Source: Dicyema japonicum (Eukaryota > Animalia > Dicyemida). Taken from it: DNA of 64,000 nucleotides. The first letter of the stretch is position 1. Every line of letters starts with the position of its first letter. Where the stretch lies: contig RDEW01000004.1 in NCBI GenBank assembly GCA_011109175.1, positions 2,018,783 to 2,082,782 on the forward strand, written 5' to 3'. Below, piece by piece: positions 60,728 to 64,000 of the stretch. A program made the position numbers and the translations under genes. Under the pieces are notes generated by a model. The model saw only the letters and a program-made list of their open reading frames with translations, was not told where the DNA came from and did not search any database.

Positions 60728-61050
60728 AGTAGTCATTCTGATACCTTTAGGATATCTTGATCGCAGGATCCGATAATAGGTCATCAGCATATGATAAAAG
60801 GAAATCGTCTTTAATATGGGGTTGTGGTAAATCGGACATATATTAGTTAAATAAGACTGGTGATAAAAGGGATCCTTGTGGGACTCCATTGAGTAGTAAT
60901 CTTGAAACTGATTTTGTCCCATTTTTGTATACCCAGGCCCTTCTTCCATTGATGAAGTTAGCAAGCCAAAGTTATATATTGGGGTTGACAGGGAGGGCAA
61001 ACAATTTCCGGGTTAGGATTTTCCTTGAGTCAGATTCGAAGGCCTTTTGT
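60728..61050 (-). mobile_element. ingi/Vingi-like RT remnant
   Basis: Minus strand KAFESDS, GVPQGSLLSPVLFN, LSYADDL. Confidence 0.7.
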
Positions 61051-61630
61051 AAATTGATCGTATTTTATTTAAATAAATAAATTAAATCAATTCAACATGA
61101 AATATCCTAAATTAATTTCTACATATTAATAATAATTATGTTAATATAATTTCTAGTGGATGTTTATATTTTTGTTTCTACTAATCTGAGTGGAACATTA
61201 CCTCAGACCTACCTACGAATGATCTCAATATACAAAACAATGATCAATTTGGCGGAGTGCTCAGGGGCTGTTTGGAATACAAGAAATTGATGCAAGACTC
61301 CCTAATATGATTTCTCATCCAGAGACCCTGGCAAATATCATATCTCTCCAAGTAATTATCTACCAGGTGAATAAGGAGGACAAGGTTGATTGGGTGTCAG
61401 AAGTTTTAGAATTTCTCAAACATAGTTTGGTAGATTACTTCGAAGTTGATGAACTTTAATAACTAAAGCTTTCAATGGTAAACTTCTTACGTTGAATTCC
61501 GTAGAAAATCTGAAGAGTCTGGTGAATTCCAACAGAAGTGTTCTATTACTCAAACAGGTCGGGAAGCTGAAAAGACGCTAATAAACGGATAATATTGTAC
61601 TACATAGATACTATAAATGGGTTCTACTTC

Positions 61631-61726
61631 CTAATTCATCACTGATGTAAATCCCCCAATCTTCTCGAAACCTACAAAGAAAGTACCGCACCAACTTCTT
61701 GAAAAGGTATAAACACCGCAATCAAT
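61631..61726 (-). pseudogene. Possible glutaredoxin-like relic with internal deletion
   Basis: VYTFSRSWC is directly followed by FFVGFEKIGGF, resembling the two ends of the glutaredoxin fold (VVIFSKSWCPxC ... VFIGGExIGG). Short and tentative. Confidence 0.3.
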
Positions 61727-61904
61727 AATTATATAAAATAATTTGCATCTACGAATATAAAAGATATTACGTTTAACATTGGGGAAAGACCTGGCAACCA
61801 ACCCTGTATTTAAACGCCAAGAAAATCTTTTGAGCATACTCTCCTATGATCTAATTGGAATCAACGTTACTGCAAAACATCAAATCTCGAGTCTTTGTCA
61901 CACA

Positions 61905-62180
61905 GAATCTCACAATTTCGCAACATGGAACGTAAGAGATTAAGCGAAGGAAAACTAGAAGTCGTAAAATAGAAATGAGAAGGCTTGATATTGCAGTGGT
62001 TTTTTTTCGTTCTGATGATTTCGTCATATTATTCTGGTAACATTAATGCAAAGAGAAATGGAGTGGCCTTCGTTGCCTCAAAGAAAATTGCATCTGCTAT
62101 TGAAAGTCATAGAATATTTAATGATCGGATAATACTAATCCACCTCCGTAAACGACCATTGAATATTTTGTCATGCAAGT
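61905..62180 (+). mobile_element. RTE-1/BovB-type APE fragment (distinct from the dominant RTE family)
   Basis: NFATWNVR, KLEVVK.EMRRLDIAV, YSGNINAKRNGVAFV, NDRIILIHL. Confidence 0.75.
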
Positions 62181-63225
62181 GTATAAAAATTTTTATTCTG
62201 AATAAAATGTTGTCCCACTCATTTTGTCCTAAACAAGCTTTCACGCAAAACCCATATCTGATAAATACAACAAATTATGAAATAGAATTATGTAATAAAC
62301 TATGTAATATTCTAGTAATAATTAATATATAAACTACTTAGAGAAATAAGAGCCGCAAATAGAAATCTCATCATAATTCACACATAACATTATTTGGTTA
62401 TTAAATACCTCCAATTCGAAACAAACAAACAAAACATTAAAAATAGCACAATCATTTCATTTCTCGGTAATTTTCATTTTCAATTTCCGCTTATTAAACA
62501 CAATCTGAATTGTTTGGTGAAATGCCTAAAACATTATTTTACTAACTATTTCCCGTTGTCTTCAAAAACAAACCTAACAATTTCTATTGTTTATTCAAAA
62601 CTTTATTTTTTCAATACACTAATGTTTAGAATAATTTATGAGTTGGTCTTTTAGATCAACGATCCGTTCAGCTGCTTTTAATTTCATATCTACTTTAATT
62701 TATTAATTTGAAACACGACAAACGATTTTATAGCTTATTTCTATTTATGTCCTTTTATTCTTATCTACGTCGGACAAGTAGATGACGTTGTACTTTCCAT
62801 AATAACTCGGACTGGATTTTCCTCAATAAATTAATTTAATACTGATTCCTTACCATCCAAAAGTAATTTCCTGAGAAACTATAAATAATCCGTTATTTAA
62901 CAGAATATTAGCTTCTGCAATGGATAGTAACTAAAGGAATAGTGAAAAGTACATTATGAAGCGATTGTTCTTCAAAGGATATATCACCACAGATCCTGGG
63001 TAGAAGATTCCACTTAAATTATTAGTAAAACCTTAATTAATAGACTATGTGAGACTATAATTAGAAACTACTTAAAAATATAATTTTGTTATTAAATGCT
63101 TCAAATTTTAAGCAAACAAACAATAATCAAAAAATAACACAAAATAATATTCAGTCATTATAAACAGTAATTTATAAAATAAATCATTTTGCTACGAATT
63201 ATTGAATCATCATACATTTTTGGAA

Positions 63226-63399
63226 ATAGATTCAAAATCGAATAAGCATGTGTCTCTGGTGATGTTTTCAAATTACTATAACACAGTATATTTTCTGATC
63301 TAATTGTCTATTATAGATTCAAAATCGAATAAGCATGTGTCTCTGGTGATGTTTTCAAATTACTATAACACAGTATATTTTCTGATCTAATTGTCTATT
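63226..63399. repeat. Perfect 87-bp tandem duplication
   Basis: atagattcaaaatcgaataagcatgtg...ctgatctaattgtctatt starts at 63226 and again at 63313 with no mismatch seen. Confidence 0.95.
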
Positions 63400-64000
63400 A
63401 ATGTACCGATTTATTTTGTCCATGAGAACAAAGCTGTAATTGGTCCTATAAAGTATAATGGAAAAGTAATTATTTATTACATTTATATACAAAAACGAAA
63501 AATTCGAGTGACAACAAACTTTTATATTTCCTTGTACAACCTTCACTTTGCTGATTGAGATACTATTTCCAAGTCTATGTTATTTTAATTTTGAAATGAA
63601 ACGATTTACTGGTTATTCTCTGTCATTAATAAAACCTAAAGAATCTCTATTATTAATTCAAAACTTCATTTTTTATATCCGCTCATTAATTTTTGAGATA
63701 TTTTATAGAAGCGTGGTTTCAAACCAATGAAACCTGTCAATTCAGCTACCACTTACTTTGCGTGAGACAAAAGATGCCTATGATACAAATTCTTGTTTTA
63801 TAAGACAGTTATAGTTATTGGACCGCAACCCTGTCATTTTATCAGAAGAGCAAGAGTTAACAATCTATATTGTTTATTAATTTTTCGAAAACAGTTTAAT
63901 TATCTCTATGAGCAGAAGGGTGTTAATAACCAATAATTGGGTGGTCCACCGTGTATTAAAGTCATATTTAAAGAATTTCCATTGTTTTTTGAAATCCAAA

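Noticed and set aside
59936-61000. Long ORFs 59936..60760, 60041..61000 and 60093..60776
   Set aside because: They are open only because they cross the 571-N gap; the flanks are an RTE 5' end and an opposite-strand ingi RT remnant.
1-64000. CRISPR array, rRNA/tRNA genes, telomeric repeats, hammerhead ribozymes, prokaryotic RTs (group II intron, retron, DGR)
   Set aside because: No regularly spaced repeat-spacer array, cloverleaf, rRNA signature or telomere tract. CTGATGA hits lack hammerhead stems or are coding. All RTs are flanked by APE or REL domains typical of eukaryotic non-LTR elements.

Overview
Eukaryotic, AT-rich, retrotransposon-saturated window. By my approximate boundaries a little over half of it is recognisable transposon sequence, and I found no intact host gene. 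Contents: (i) about 20 fragments of CRE-clade non-LTR elements (RT plus restriction-like endonuclease); (ii) more than a dozen fragments and one full-length decayed copy of an ingi/Vingi-like APE-RT LINE; (iii) RTE-clade LINEs, including one full-length copy with a 12-bp TSD that is three single-base gaps away from a 981-aa ORF; (iv) a Jockey/R1-like two-ORF LINE; (v) an internally deleted pogo/Tigger transposon with intact TIRs; (vi) two Ty3/gypsy remnants; (vii) decayed host-gene relics, most clearly RUVBL1 with a candidate 17-nt intron. The best candidate for an undescribed system is a four-copy, ~330-bp non-coding retroposon. It shares a covarying, pseudoknot-ordered 5' RNA motif (HDV-ribozyme-like topology, non-canonical core) with the 5' ends of the ingi-like LINEs and has a related 3' tail, paralleling trypanosomatid ingi/RIME/SIDER elements. 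Second is a conserved RTE 5'-terminal motif that twice occurs as head-to-head pairs and caps short internally deleted RTE derivatives. All assignments come from motif recognition by eye, with no database search or folding program. Boundaries of decayed fragments are approximate (tens of bp). Frameshifts may partly be sequencing errors.
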